Part shown: piece by piece, positions 1-13,305 of the stretch
How the letters are laid out: each line of letters opens with the position of its first letter
Numbering within the stretch: position 1 is the stretch's first letter
Source: Amoebophrya sp. A120
Lineage: Eukaryota; Protista; Dinoflagellata
Direction: 5' to 3'
Length of the DNA: 64,000 bases
NCBI GenBank assembly: GCA_905178155.1
Contig: CAJINV010000006.1
Location: 3,346,437 to 3,410,436, forward strand
Program-made: the position numbers and the translations under genes
The notes under the pieces: generated by a model
Told to the model about the DNA's origin: nothing
The model's database searches: none
Seen by the model: only the letters and a program-made list of their open reading frames with translations

Positions 1-3000
1 ACGACGAAAAACATATGAGCTGCAAAATTATCGTAGTAATTGCAATCATGCATGGCAAATCTCTCTCTGAAGGGGAATCCGCATTACAAATTCCATTTGT
101 CATGCTGGCCAACTTTGTGATGCGATTTGTATGTACCAAGTGCGATACTTTTGCAATTCATAAAACAAAGGGTACTACAACCGCAGACGTTGTGATCACA
201 TAGGAGGTGAGCAGCCACAGATTCTGAAGGAGGAAAAGCCGGTGATTTCACCGGGAGATGAGGTGGAATCTAAAATTTCAGCAACAGCAGGTGCAGGGAA
301 CAAGCAGGCTCAGGAACGCCGTTTGGAGGGAAATTATGACAAAAACGAACCGCACGACCACGAGCGACGACCCTCGTCTCTGAAAACAGAAGCAGATGAG
401 GAAGAGCCGAGGTTGTACTCGCATTATCAGCAGGTCTTTGACCAGGCGCAGGGACGGGGGAATAATTTCGCGGATTTTCTCTTTTCTGATTTGGTGCAAG
501 AACCTGATAGTGAACAAGGGCAGGAACTGCAAGAGACGTCTTCTGCACAGGTAGGGGATGCTAATGCGCCGTCCTCTTCCGGAGAAATAGAAAAGGTACA
601 GGGAGTAGATGAGCAGCAGTGTCGTGAGCGAGCGACCACCGGTGGTGAAGTAGAAGAAGGCGAATTCGCAGTGGTTACTGCCTGGCTGACAGAACAAGCG
701 GTCGCGGGCGAAGCTGCGAAAGTTGCCGACGAAGTGACAGCAGTGGGAGGAGATGCAGGGATCATCGTGGCTGCAAGCGATAATCCTCTCGCTGCAGCAG
801 TGGTGAGGGTGACTACAGGCGAAGTGGGAGTTGTTCCTCTGCAGCACGACAATATTGAGAGTGCACTCGAGCAAGAACCACAGATGAGCGACGCCATAAA
901 AGGTACATCGTCCGAAATATTAGATGAGGATAGCCAGAAGGCACCAGTGGGCGGCGGCGCAACTACTACACTTCTAGCGGCAACTGAGAGCACTACAAAT
1001 GACCCCCGCGCGGCACGAGAAGATGTGGGTGGCCGCGAAACGGCTGAGGGTGCGATAAAAGACCAATCCGAGCACGGGGCAGAAGCACCTGATCATGCAC
1101 AAGCGCCACAATTAGCTCCAGCCGCTCCTGCAGAGCCAGCGCAGCTGCAGAAACAAACACAAGCGGAAAACGACGTCGACATGGAAGTTGTGGAAGTAGC
1201 AGAACAAGTGCCGCTGCTCGCGGTGGCTCCTGATAGTACAACGGCACAACTACCACCATCGAGCACGACACCAGCGGTGGATCAGGAAAAGGAGCTGCTG
1301 ACCGCAAATAACGCATGCGCAGCTGCAACACAAGTGGCGGATCATGCGCAGCAGGCGCCAGAAGAAGCCGTGTTCTCTTCTACAAATATAGCGCCAACGA
1401 CTTTTCGACCCCGCAGCAATACGGTGGATGTGGTCACGGGCACCAGTGCCGCTAATGTCACAGCAGCCACATCATCTTCCTCCACCACCGCTGCATCAAA
1501 ACTTGACCACGAAGTGACAGGAGGCGTGTACCCTGTGCAAAGGTATCGTACTCGTACAAATGCATTACAAATTTCCTCAACATGAGAAATAAAATTTGTA
1601 ATGCGGATTTACCTTATAGAAAAAATGCAAGATTGCAATACGAGTACGATACTTTTGCACAGCATAGCGTGAAAAAACCTACAACTTTCAGTCCGGCAAA
1701 CAAGCCAAAATCGCTCAAGCCGCCAAATAGAAGAACCACACTGAACAACTCGTTGAAGAATCTGAACCAGTCGGGAGGACATCAACACAGCACATCCTTG
1801 CAAATTATCGACAAACACACCAACATGCAGTCTATTCGCAACCGAACATCTCTAGCGATCGACAGACTGTTGTCTTCCAGCAAGCTTGGCGGTTACTGCG
1901 AGTTCAAGTCCGCAATTGGGGAAAAGTTCCAGCCACAATACCTGCACGAAAAAGAAGAAACCTTGCCCTGTTACGTGTCCGAAGTGATCTTGCAACAAGA
2001 GCAGGCGAAGCAGGATTTTATCACCAGCGAGATTTTGAAGCCGACAACGACAAGCTCTTCAAGTAGTAGAAATAGGATCCCGCGCAGTGAGCAGGAATCA
2101 GCTTCAGCGGGAAGTGGTGCTGGTGCAGCTCTAAAGAGTAGCGCTTCTAATGTAGCGAACACTGGTTCGGAACCAGGCCTAGCCCCTATGGGTCCGAAAA
2201 GTAGTCCGACGTCAAGGTGCCCTACATCTTCTATGCCGATGCGGATGCCACTTCCGCCGCCGGCTGCCATCGTTGCGCCAACGTCTACTTCTGGCACATC
2301 TACTAGCAGTTCATTTTCCGGGGGCTCCAGCTCATCTTCCGGCACAGCTACTACGAGGCCAAACAAACACCAAAAGCCCACTGCTGCATTCCTGAAAAAG
2401 CCTGCCACCACGCAGATCAAGCAAGTTCAGGTTTTGAGTTGGGAGGATTGGCAGGCGCAGAGGAAGCTGGTGGATCTGATGAACCGGCAAGCAAACGGGA
2501 ACCAACGGTATTCTTCTGTGAACAACTTCGGCGCATATGGAACAAGCATGAATGTTCTTGCGGGTGGTAGTAGTGGTAGCTCCTCTTCCTCTTCGAGCTT
2601 GCTCAACTCCACGGCTTTATCCGGAAACAATCAGTCGCGCAGGATGTTGTATCAGCAGGGAGGGAAACAGTTTCATCCGTTTGGAATGAACAACATGTCC
2701 GCTTTCGCGAAGCAGAAACAGAGGTCTATGAGCACGGACGGAATTAGTGGAGGTTCCACGTTTGGCAGCAGCTACAATGTGAAAGAGCAGTACGCCAATC
2801 CGAATAAGAACGCGAGAAACCAAAACCTGTTCAAACTGATTTTTGGCAAAGACGCGAGCAAATCCACTTCCTCGACCACAGGGGCAGTTGCGGGGAATGC
2901 TAATGTTGGCACTTCTGCTGCAGGAGCGCAAGTGTTGACTTCTTCAACTTCTGCAACACCTGCTGAAGAAGGTTTTGTTCCAGCGGCTCCTAGTTCTGGC

Positions 3001-6000
3001 GGAGATTCTGCTGTTGATGTTGACCCGAAGATGAAGCTACAACCGGCTTCGGCAGCGGACGGAAACAAGGTACTTACCAATGTAGCATCACGTTTGTATC
3101 TATTAGATGGAGCCTCTGTCATCTAGCAGGTCGTGTTCGATGTCTTCTACACGATTTTCGTTTTTTTTTCTTTCAGCAAAATGCATGACAAATTCATCAC
3201 TTATTGTTCATTCAAACAGGATCATCTTGCAAGACCGGCCGACAAGAATCCGCTGGATTTGGACGTCGACATGAAGCCGGCAACTGACATTCTGGAGTCG
3301 CAGCTCAGTCTAGGAACAAACGGTGCGTCGAAAGAACAAACTGAACCCGCCCCGGTAGCTGCACCCCTGTCCGCGGCTCAACACACGGATAATATAGGAG
3401 AAAGTAGCGTCCTCGCGCCAGTCTCCGCTCCAGTAGTAGAAGATGTCGAGATGGCTGACGTCGGTTCGAAAGAGGAGGGCCTGTATGCATTGCGAACGTA
3501 TCGTACTAGTATAAATTAATCGCAATACAAAGTTTTCCAGAAAGGAAAATGAAATTTGTAATGCTGATTTCGCTAAGAAACAAGATTTGTCATGCATGAT
3601 TGCAATTAGTACGAGTGCGATACTTTTGCAATTCATAGCCTGGCACGAGGAACAACATCTTCTTCATCTGCCAGCAATCCCACAGGGGCAGCAGCAAGAA
3701 CTTCTATTCCTGCTATGCCCCCACCAGCATCCGAAATAACTACACTTACCAAAGAACAACCCGCACAGGGCACCAGCGCAGTACGTAAAAATCCGGTAGA
3801 AGTAGTAGCCCAGAGTTGTCATGCAATTCTGCATGCCAAAGAAGTTTCTCTTCATGCGGAGCCATATGAGAAGCGTTTCCTGTTCATATTTTGGAATTTG
3901 TCATGCTAGAATCAGCATGCTTTGCTAGATCTGTGATGCTTCTGAACTAGCTAAACAGGATCACACTACGAGGACAAACCTGTCATGCCAAACAACCAAA
4001 GCTAGCTGATTTGTCTAGCAGATTTCCCATCTTGACTCTGGTGTGGGGACGTTTTTACACAGGATATGTCATTCTGGAGTCGCAGCTCACTCTAGGTGGA
4101 ACAAACGGTGCATCGAAAGAACAAACTGAACCCGCCCCGGTAGCTGCTGCACCACTCGGGGCCCAACACACGGATAATTTAGGAGAAAGCACTAGCGTCC
4201 TCGCGCCAGTTATCTCCGCTCCAATAGTAGAAGATGTCGAGATGGCTGACGTCGACTCAAAAATCAAAGATGAAGTACTAGGCCCAACATCTTCGTCATC
4301 TGCCAGCAATCCCACAGGGGCAGCAGCAACTTCTATTCCTGCTATGCCCCCGCCACCAGCATCCGAAATAACTACACTTACCAAAGAACCCGCACAGGGC
4401 ACCGGCGCAGTACGTAAAAATCCGGTAGAAGTAGCGAGCAAATCCACTTCGTCGACCACTGGGGCAGTTGCGGGGAATGCTTCTAATGTTGGCACTTCTG
4501 CAGCGCAAGTCCAAGTGTTGCCAGCACCTTCAACTTGTTCTGCAACACCTGCTGAAGAAGGTTTTGTTCCAGCGGGGGTTCCTACTTCTAGCGGGCAGTC
4601 TGCTGACGTTGACCCGAAGATGAAGCAATCCGCTTCGGCAGAAAACGGGAAGGTGCTTTTACCATTCTAGCATGATCACCTTGGTATCTATCAAGAACTT
4701 CTGTAGTCTTCCTAGCAGCACGTCGTATTCGTCTACACTCACAATTATTTCCGTTTTTGTTTCTTTGAGGAAAATGCATAGACAGTTATTGCTTATTCAA
4801 ACAGGATCATGTTGCAAGACCGGCCGAAAAGAATCCGCTGGATTTGGACGTTGACATGAAGCCGGCTACTGAAGACGTTCTGGAGTTGCAGCTCATTCTA
4901 GGTGGAACAAACGGTGCATCGAAAGAACAAACTGAAGCCGCCCCGGTAGCGGCACCACTCGTGGCTCAACACACGGGAAATACAGGAGAAAGTAGCGTTC
5001 TCGCGCCAGTCTCCGCTCCAGTAGTAGAAGATGTCGAGATGGCTGACGCCGGTGCGAAAGAGGATGGCCAGGTACGAGGGGAGACACCTTCGGCATCTGC
5101 CAGCAATCCCATAGGAGCAGCGCCAGGGGCCTCCATTCCTGCTATTCCATTTCCACCAGCATCGGAAAATAAGACACTTACCATGTTGCAACAGTCACAG
5201 GGCACGACGGCCAGCGCAGTACGTAAAAATCCGGTAGAAGTAGTAGCGTCTGCCAAGAACACCAACACGACCTTGCCGAAATTGAATCTGAACTACAAGC
5301 CACCCAGTCGTGCAGTCCCACAACGACTGACCGGACCTACTGCGCAGTTGGTGACAGACGCCGATTTACAGCAGCCAGCACGTGCTATTGATTTCTACGT
5401 CGGCGCGACAAGAACTGGAGGTAGTTCTAGTTCTAGTTCTGCTGATGTTTCCCAACAGCAACAAAAAGCGCAAGAAGTTTCTGTATCAGACCCGAGAAAA
5501 CAGCTTTCCCCACACAAGAAAGCGCAACACCCCGCAGCAGCCACAAAGCTACCGAACAAAATGCGGAATGCGATCATCAAACCGATGCAGAATGTATCAC
5601 AGGAAAAAGTGTTAACGTCACCGAAATTTGTGATGCAGCAATGCATCACTAAACGTGCCAAAATTTGTATTGCGTAGCATGCATGGAAGGCAATATTTGT
5701 ATATGCATAGCTGCCATCTGTGAAAACCGTGGACGTTAACACTTTTCTGCTTGATAGAATCTTTTGGAAAAATTTTGGAACGAGAAAAAGCAGTGCTACG
5801 AAAGGAACAAAGAATGGAGCCCGCAACTCTCCGTTACTCTGTATCGCAAGAAAATAAAACTGTTTCAGTGTAAACTTGTGATGCATAGGATGCAAGAACA
5901 CAGACGCATTTGTCTTGCTACACATGCAAGATCGCTTGGGTTTATTTTCAACGTGTTTTCCCTTGGGAAGTACGCAGGGCAAGTTTGTTTTGTCATCATG

Positions 6001-6266
6001 TGTAAACGAACTTGTAATGCAAAACTTACAAAATCCTTTACAGTGAGACACTTTTTGCTGCCGATACTCTGATCAAGCTGCTGAATAACGGGGAGAAGTT
6101 CAACGTCTTCGGTTGCGATCTCGATCCGGAGGCGGATAAATTGAAGAAAATTGCGCAGAGCCTGTTATCCCAGCTGGATGGGAAGGCTGTAGAGGCACTC
6201 TTGGAGAGTTCTTCTTCGGAAAGTGCTGGCGGGGGAACTAACTCCAGATCGGGGTCGAAAGCGTAA
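1..6266 (+). CDS. Large low-complexity (Ala/Ser/Thr/Glu-rich) hypothetical protein with internal tandem modules; 5'-partial, multi-exon
   Basis: ORFs 242-1585, 1582-3126, 3133-3519, 4011-4670, 4844-5677 and 5764-6072 join in frame after removing TIR elements at 14-162, 1529-1666, 3484-3637, 5595-5756 and 5842-6066 (each plus one 5-nt repeat) and GT-AG introns 3070-3219 and 4653-4804. The protein ends ...TNSRSGSKA-TAA at 6266. The junction at ~3810-4062 is unresolved. Confidence 0.7.
14..162. mobile_element. Introner, family A (TIR TATnnnnTGCAAAAGTATCG)
   Basis: TATGAGCTGCAAAATTATCG...CGATACTTTTGCAATTCATA, flanked by AAACA/AAACA. Confidence 0.85.
1529..1666. mobile_element. Introner, family A
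   Basis: TACCCTGTGCAAAGGTATCGTACTCGTA...TACGAGTACGATACTTTTGCACAGCATA with direct repeat GCGTG/GCGTG. Removal fuses the 447-aa and 514-aa ORFs (TGGV-KKPT). Confidence 0.9.
2854..5245 (+). repeat. Intragenic tandem duplications (module X twice, module Y three times)
   Basis: Module X (ASKSTSSTTGAVAGNA...DPKMK plus a GT-AG intron plus DH.ARPA) starts at ~2854 and ~4434. Module Y (LESQL...VEDVEMAD...VRKNPVEV) starts at ~3289, ~4071 and ~4878. Confidence 0.9.
3484..3637. mobile_element. Introner, family A, present in only one of three repeat modules
   Basis: Direct repeat GCCTG/GCCTG; the sister modules lack the insert. Confidence 0.9.
5595..5756. mobile_element. Introner, family D (TIR ...AAAAAGTGTTAACGT)
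   Basis: TATCACAGGAAAAAGTGTTAACGT...ACGTTAACACTTTTCTGCTTGATA with repeat GAATG/GAATC. A reverse-complement relative lies at 53686-53854. Confidence 0.9.
5842..6066. mobile_element. Introner (TATCGCAAGAAAA family)
   Basis: Repeat CTCTG/CTCTG; related ends at 42145-42357 and 59765-59973 (the latter inverted). Confidence 0.8.
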
Positions 6267-7117
6267 CTACCGGCGGGTGCGAGAAACATGATGTGGGGCA
6301 TAAGGTTTGATCTACTCTTGTGAAGCAGATTTATTGTGAAAAACTACGATGATAGACATAGATGATGTTGCCACGGGATTATATTTTGTGTAGTGCTGTA
6401 CTCATCACATTGAAGAGAGACTCGTCTCGTCTTGACTAAATTAGCGCAGCTTCTTGATCTTATTAAAAAAATTTTTTTTACGAAACACTCGGATCCTAGG
6501 TTTGAATTTTCTAACGAACGCGAGCTGATCATAGTGATACTCTTAGTCTACCATCTACTTCTATCTACAAAAATGAAATTATCTTACATAGTACGACTGA
6601 ACCCGCTGGAGCATCGAAAGATGTCTCCGTCGCATTTGTCGTTCGCACTTCATTTCTAGTTGGCGGTCAGAGGGTGTGCAAATCAACAATTCAGTAGAAT
6701 TTTTATCAAGCACGCATTGCTATTGTTAGGGCACGACGACCTTTTTGAGCAGATCCCATCTCAACAAGAAGTCACTTCAGCTTCCTCTGACAAGTCTTCC
6801 GAAAAAACGTAAGACACCGATGGTGATGGAGAACAAGAACCCGAGACGATCCGTATGATGGCGGATTCATCGGGACGAAGATGGTGAATTTCTATTGCTT
6901 ATTACTGAGAAAATCTCCGTGACACTTATAGTAAAATTTTCATTCAAATCAAGAAAAATACAAGAGGACAACTGGATAAGGGCCTCCCCGCTCCTGCTAA
7001 CTATGACAAAAAGCACAAGCTGCAACTTCACTCTCGGCGAAGTACAAGCACTACATGAGCTTGAGCAGCTATCTCAGCTTGTGACTTTAGATGATTCAGC
7101 TGCAAAGGCAGCGCGTG

Positions 7118-8672
7118 TGTGTGGTGTTCAGTGCTTGGCCGGTACGCCGATGGATTTTGTCGGGCTCGGGTAGTGTGAAAGAAATAACTGCGAGCGAGGA
7201 CAGCAAGCCCCGACACGAAGGCGCCAGGCGGCCGGGAGCGGGCCGGCTTGGCGCACCTTTAACGCCGGCCGGGGTGCGCCTGGCTGACAGCTACGAAAGC
7301 GCCACCCTTGCGCGCCCTGGGCCGACCCGGAAAACGAAGGAGATTGGCGCCCATTCGCATGGGCGGGCATTGACTGGATTGCGTGCAAGCCGGTGCAGCA
7401 CTTGCGCACTCCGGGCGGTTAATGTGTGCGCGGCCCCGCGAAGCCCATGGCAGCCAGCGGCTGGCTTGATGCGCCGGCCGAGCGGGCCCCTACGTACCGC
7501 CGAGGCGAGCTCCTACGTAGCGCCAAGGCGGCCGCCTTCTGGCCCGATACATACATAGGGCGGGCGTGGAGTTAGCAGGCGCGCGGGCGCGAGACCCCTC
7601 CTGGGCGCGTTGTCACGCCGGCGCGGTTTTGCGGGGGCGGGTCTGCAAGTGCAGCCGGCCCGTGCTTGCGCGGGTGCCTTTCCGAGACCGGGCGCGCGGG
7701 AGGGTCTCCAGCTCTTCCCCCAGCTCTGTGAAGTGTTGAGGGCTTTACGGGAAGCGGGCCGGGGCCCCGAAGACTACACTGCCGCGCGCCGACGGCGCCC
7801 GCCCGCGGAGTTCTTCAAGGCAGAGCCGGCCGCATGTTTTTCGGCCGGCCGGGCTTGTTGCAGATTGGTTGCTTCGCCGAAGCGTTCGGCAACAGCTGCG
7901 CGGCGCTGATGGGCCTTCCTGCACGCCCCCCGGCCGCCCCCGCATGGTCTAGCAAGCTGGGGGCAGTGCCTCGACCGGGGGTCGCGGCGCGCGCGCGCCG
8001 CCGCCCAGAGATTGGCCCGGCCGGGCCGGCCGTGTTGTGTGTTTGTTTGCCCGGCTGGCGCGCCCCGCGCGGACCCCTTGCCTTGCGGGCGGGGCCGTCT
8101 TCCTGCCCGGAGGGGCGGCGCGTGGTTTGTTGAAGGGGTGGCCCGGTGTCTCGTCTTTCTTGGCTCGGGCGCACGGCCGGGCGCACGCGCCCCCCACCCT
8201 CTTTGGCCTGATCGGGCGCAGGTGCGTCTGGGTGGTGGGCCGGCTTCCCCCGTCGGGGGGGCAGTCAACCACCCAAAAACGCATCGCGCCGTGGGGGGCG
8301 CCGGCGGGCGGGCAGGCTTCCTTGGCTGTTGAATGTTGGCCGCGTGGTGGGGTGTGTCCGTCGGCTGCCGGGGCGCTGGCCCACTCACCCCGGTGCCCGT
8401 GGCCCCAATGCGTGGCTCCGTCTGCAGGGCAGCCGGCCAAGTATTTTTGTATGTTGTGCGGTGCCCGCCGGCGCCCCGCTTGCCCGCCCGCATAGATAAT
8501 CAATCTTGGCTCATTGTGTTAGTTGGGTATATTGTCTGTGTTGGATTGGTTTGTGCATTTCGGCCTGGGGCTGCAATGGCGTTGCATTCTCGTCAGCCTG
8601 TTGCAGTCGTGTCGGCCGACAGTCCGCTTGCCGACTGACTCACTGCCCTTGCCCTCAAACGACCGTCACACA
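7118..8672. mobile_element. GC-rich intergenic island, possibly a solo LTR or non-coding mobile element
   Basis: Abrupt switch to very high GC (core ~7200-8490). Bounded by TGTGTGGTG...CGTCACACA (TG...CA with a short inverted end). No target-site duplication and no credible ORF found. Confidence 0.3.
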
Positions 8673-9048
8673 TTACCTGTGTTGTTCCGCTTCTTTACGG
8701 TATAATGGAAAAATTGATGCACCGCTCAGACTCAGAGTCGATGTCGATGTCGAAAGCGAAAACACAGAAAAAAAATGTTGTTGCTTTTGTTATTATGAGG
8801 GAGAGGGACGGTCACAGCACTGGCAATTCATCTGTTGAAGTGGTGATTTTTTTGCACCAGTACTACCTAGCGCCGGCATTGAGGGTTTACGTTTTGAGAA
8901 GGTGCTCGTCCCTTGATGTGTGGACCCCTTTTGTTTCCGCCCTGGTAGTTTAATTATGTCATGTTATTCTTTAGTTAATGTTCTTGGCCCAGCTGAAGAC
9001 TGGGCTTCGCTCACCTCCTTCTATCCCCTCTGCCATCAAAGCAGCTGA

Positions 9049-11401
9049 ATGCTCGGCTGCAAGCGACGGCGAACGAACAGCAGCAGCCCCCTACAAGATC
9101 AGGTCGATGCAGGAAGCAATAGAGGCTCCTCCGGCGACAGTGCGCTGAATAACAGGAGCTGCACAAGTGTAGTTGATCACTCTCAAGAAAGAAGAACCAA
9201 AAGGGCTCCGGGCGAAAACGATAAGGGAGGCAAGAGCATCAAGACCATTTACCGGAACAAGAAAGCCCAGAGCTGTAGTTGTGATCCGGCTGATGGTTCG
9301 ATTGGTAATTTGGAGAAAAAGCCAGCAGGAGCAGGAGGTCAGCACCCACACCGAAAAGCACCATCGAAGGGAGAGCCAGTACCAGCTCCAGAGTCCCCGG
9401 AAGCAGGAGATATCAACGACCAAAAGAAGAACATCAATAACAGCGGCCGCCCTCGCTCAAAAAGCACAGGCGCAGCTGCAGCGAGCAGCAAGAAATCGGC
9501 GGCGCACAAGTCCTCTGCTGGTGACAAACAAGAGGAAGCAAATAAAACGTGTTCGCCTGTGAGAGCAGGTCGCCGACAATCGTCTTCAAAAATGGAGCCC
9601 CATTCCAGTCCGCAGCAGCTCACCCGCCCCCTTGTGCAGCCCATCCCCTCCCCCGTGAGCTCTAACGCGGCGCCGAAACCACAGGACAATTCCCAACTTC
9701 CTCCCGCGGGGCTGAGTTCCAATTATGCGAACAAAAACGAATCCAAGTTGCTTAGCAGGCCAAAAACCGTGGATCAGCTGTTGATAGAGAAGCTGTTAGC
9801 TGAAGACAGTCAGGAACAGCAGCAAAACCTAAATCTCCGGGCGATCAACGAAGACGAGGAACTGCAGCAAATGCTGGAATATCCAGTGCAAAAGTATCGC
9901 ATTCGTAGCAAGTAATTGCAGTTGTGCATCGCAAATCTCTTTGTCAAGGTCAATCAGCATTACAAATTTGATTTGTAATGCTGGGCGAATTTGTAATGCA
10001 ATTTGAATTTTTACTAGTACGCTACTTTTGCCTTGCATATTGAGCTGTCGAAAAAAGAATTCTACGACCGGGAGTTCCGGATGGGCGCCTCACACGACAT
10101 CTTGGTTGCGCGGGTTTTGTCCTACGGGTTATGCAATACAAATTTCCCGCCGTACATGTACAATACGCATGACAAACTTCGCTAATTTTGAGTGTCAAAC
10201 TTGTCATGCAGATTAAGATTGAAGGCAAGTTTTGTCATGCAGAGACAGCATTTGATGTACGTGCACAGGAAATTTACTGTGGATGCGGGCTGAAGGAGAG
10301 ACACGTGAAGGGGGACGGATCGTGCCAGTTCCGGGCTATGGATTGCAAAAGCATCGTAATAGTATGAATTGCATTACAAATTTCCTCAGCATTAGACATG
10401 GAATCTTCTGTAATGCAGATTTACCACGATAAAAAAGATTTGTAATGCGTAGCTGCAATTAGAAGTACGAGCGCGACACTTTTGCACAGGATCCGGGCCC
10501 TGTCAGACCAACTTTACGGCACCGAGGAGCACCACCAGAATGTGCGGAGGAAGGTGATTATCAAATGCAAAAGTGTCTGGGTCTGGAACAGTGAAAGATT
10601 TGCCATGCAGGTTTTCCATGACCCATGAGGTCTGTAATGCAGGGTCTAGCGTCACAGATTTTGAGAGGGCTTCCTGATGCCTGTTCCGCATGAGAAATGC
10701 CCTCTCGCCGTGGCAAAAACTGGACTCCTTTTGCTGGTCATGCATTACGAGATTTTTTTCGAATCCGAAGACAGCATCACAAGTTTCAACCTTCCAGACC
10801 CAGACATTTCTACATTTGATAGTGATAGAAAAACTGGAGCAGGAAGCAGACCACTACAAAAATTTTGTGCTGTCCAAAACGGAAATTGAGTCAAAGGAAC
10901 AGGCTGACGAAGCTTTCAACCTGTATCTGGTCTCCATGTCCGAAGAGTCCACTTGGGGTGCTATCGTACGTGCATGCATTGCCAGCGCCATGAGCATTAG
11001 TTTGTAGTGCGCGAGGACGTCGTAGAAGTCGTTAGTACAACGGGCAGAAATGAGATCAAGATGAAAGTTGCTTGTTTTACTTTACGATTTTTACGTGCTA
11101 GTGTCCGCTTTCGCATTACAAACTGCGTGCCTGCTTCGTGAAGCTGGCAATGTTAAATCGCATAACAGATCACGTGACGCTCCAAGCGGCTGCAGATGTT
11201 TACAACTGTGAGATAAAGCTGATCACGAGCTACGATGACGATGCGATCTTGTCCATTTTGCCCCTGCAGAATAAGAACGCTTCTTCCGCATTTGGTGCAG
11301 CTACGAGGAAAAAAAGCGGAGCGAATAGAGCCCTTTGGCTCGCGTTTTGGGCCGAGGTTCACTACAATTCGGTAGAGGAAGACTACGTGGCGGTTGCTTA
11401 G
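9049..11401 (+). CDS. OTU-domain deubiquitinase (cysteine protease) with a low-complexity N-terminus
   Basis: Removing elements 9880-10039, 10130-10285, 10337-10493, 10559-10821 and 10962-11164 gives ...VKGDGSCQFRALSDQLYGTEEHHQNVRRKVIEKL...STWGDHVTLQAAADVY...LWLAFWAEVHYNSV, containing the OTU Cys-loop and His-loop motifs. Confidence 0.92.
10559..10821. mobile_element. Introner, family B (TIR TATnnnnTGCAAAnATGTCTGGGTCTGGAA)
   Basis: Repeat GTGAT/GTGAT. Same orientation as 24207, 29513 and 61833; inverted relative to 42691, 43648 and 54258. Confidence 0.9.
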
Positions 11402-12011
11402 ATAATTGCAGAGCAGAAGTAGAATGAAAAATTGTACAACATACCCAATGAATACAAAGTCGGGGACGGCCATAACTGCCTTTGACAGCTAGAGCACTAC
11501 ATGAAATCGTGAAGATGAACAATTGTACAAATGAACCCCGGCCGCCACTGGCAGCGTCAGCGAGCAGATGCGGCGGGCGCTTTTGCGGGCACAGCCAGCG
11601 CTGCTCAGTGAAGATTAGAAGTAAATTTATCGTGTTTGTTGTTTGACAGAGCATAATATCTCCGCTCTCCTACTGCTGCTGTCGGTACTTCTGCACGCCG
11701 ATCACGCCTTCTCAATCTTGCGGGAGATGATGTGCATGGAAGGTGCTGACGCGGCAGAGACGACTTTACCTGTTGTAGGACCCAACAGCGGTCGTTCATT
11801 TTGGTTGTTTAGCGGGAAAGAGCCAAACCTTTTGTTTCGAAAGTAAATTTTTCTACGAGGATCAATTTCAGCGATCATCACGTACTAGAAGTCGTCGATA
11901 CTACGTTAGGTCGTCTCACTTACCGAGTTCTTACGAGGCCCTTCGGTCTAGGTACCACAGCAATGTGGGCTTAAATTTTCCTGCTGTCGAAAGAAAGCCA
12001 AGCGAAATCAT

Positions 12012-13305
12012 ATGGACACCAGCAACATCATGTCCGCGCATGGTCTGTCCCTTTGCTGTCGTTCGCTTGTCAGGCTCAGGGGCGGTCTGACGCTTGTCCT
12101 CTCGGCGATATTACCCTGGCGGGCCATCATCACAGCGACTCCGGCTACCGTTCGTGCGAATGAAGAGGCACCGCTTGTCGACACTAGCAGGAGCATCTAC
12201 GAGGAAAAGGGTTTCTTCACGAATTACGATGCCGATCCACTTTGGGTTCGTCTGGACACTGCGCTGCGCTGGTTTCCCGATTTGCTTGACACAAGGCTGC
12301 ACAAGAACTCCTCGCCGCGACGGGTGATTCTGAAGCAGGTGCTCTACTACACACAGGACCAGGGGGCGCTGGCGCGGCTGAAGAATAACTACAGCAAAGA
12401 ACCTCAAATAGGAGTACTAGAAGACCACAGCGGCCACACTGACACTGCTTCCTTATCTATGCACGAGAAGTGGAACAAAAACTTCTCTCCTTATCTCCAC
12501 CCGTTTCGGATCTATTTGGAGAAAAAGGACTCCGCGAGCGAACTGCATGTCGACACGGACAAGCCCTGGATCGGAAAACCGTATTTGGAAAAATCGGATT
12601 TGAAAACCATATGGATGTGTCAGGTTTGAAATCGTCAAAGTTGAATAAGTATAAGTAGCTTGTCATGCATAAAACGGTTACCAGTTAGACCTACAGTTTG
12701 TAGTCGGCGCATGGCAAATTTTCCCGGTCCTGGAAGCGAGTATGTCATGCGGTTTAGGGCAAAAGAGCTGCCTTCTGTCATGCTAGTCAGCAGTCCAACT
12801 TTTGATCCTTACCAGGACTATAATCTGTCTCCCGTGTGTCCTCTGCAATAGAGTCACTTTTTGCATTGCATTTTATGCATGGCAAATCATTTCAACTTTG
12901 ACGATTTCAATCCTGACACCCCCATAAACCAAGCCGACCAAATATTTGAACGCTTTGTCGGAAGACAAATCCGAGGAGCCTGTTGCCTACGTGCAGTTTT
13001 CCAGCGGGAAGGAAGTGGTCGAAATGCTGAAAAAAGCTTGTCACGCGCAGAAAACTGCAAAAAATAAAGAAGACAAAGCAGTGGCAACACCTCCCTCGGA
13101 AGACCGCCACAACACTGAAACTACAGATGACGAGTCTGCTGGTGGGGGTGTTTTCTCTTCCCTTTGGTCTTCGGTAGTCGGGGCGGTTGCTACAAGCGGA
13201 GGAGCTGCTGTGGAACAATCCGCAACAGAAATCAAAACTTCTTCTTCGTCCTCGATCACGACCCCTCGTCCAGTTGTAGACCTCACCAAGCAAAAAACCG
13301 CACTG
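12012..13305 (+). CDS. 5' part of the methyltransferase-domain gene, truncated by the gap
   Basis: Copy of 20073-21366, including a family C element at 12610-12926. Confidence 0.65.

Larger units (their letters stand above)
5531..13305 (+). repeat. Segmental duplication, copy 1 (near-identical to 13591-21366)
   Basis: Identical ORF sets at an offset of 8058-8061, with only about ten scattered SNPs or indels seen by eye. Confidence 0.95.

Noticed and set aside
270-5268. Long minus-strand ORFs opposite gene 1
   Set aside because: Antisense shadows of low-complexity coding sequence.
7091-8638. Many overlapping Arg/Pro/Ala/Gly-rich ORFs on both strands
   Set aside because: Expected from very high GC content. 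The frames are altered by an indel and a stop between the two copies, and no domain is recognisable.
11643-11846. Short ORF with a signal-like hydrophobic stretch upstream of the methyltransferase gene
   Set aside because: Non-ATG start, no convincing splice link and no homology recognised.
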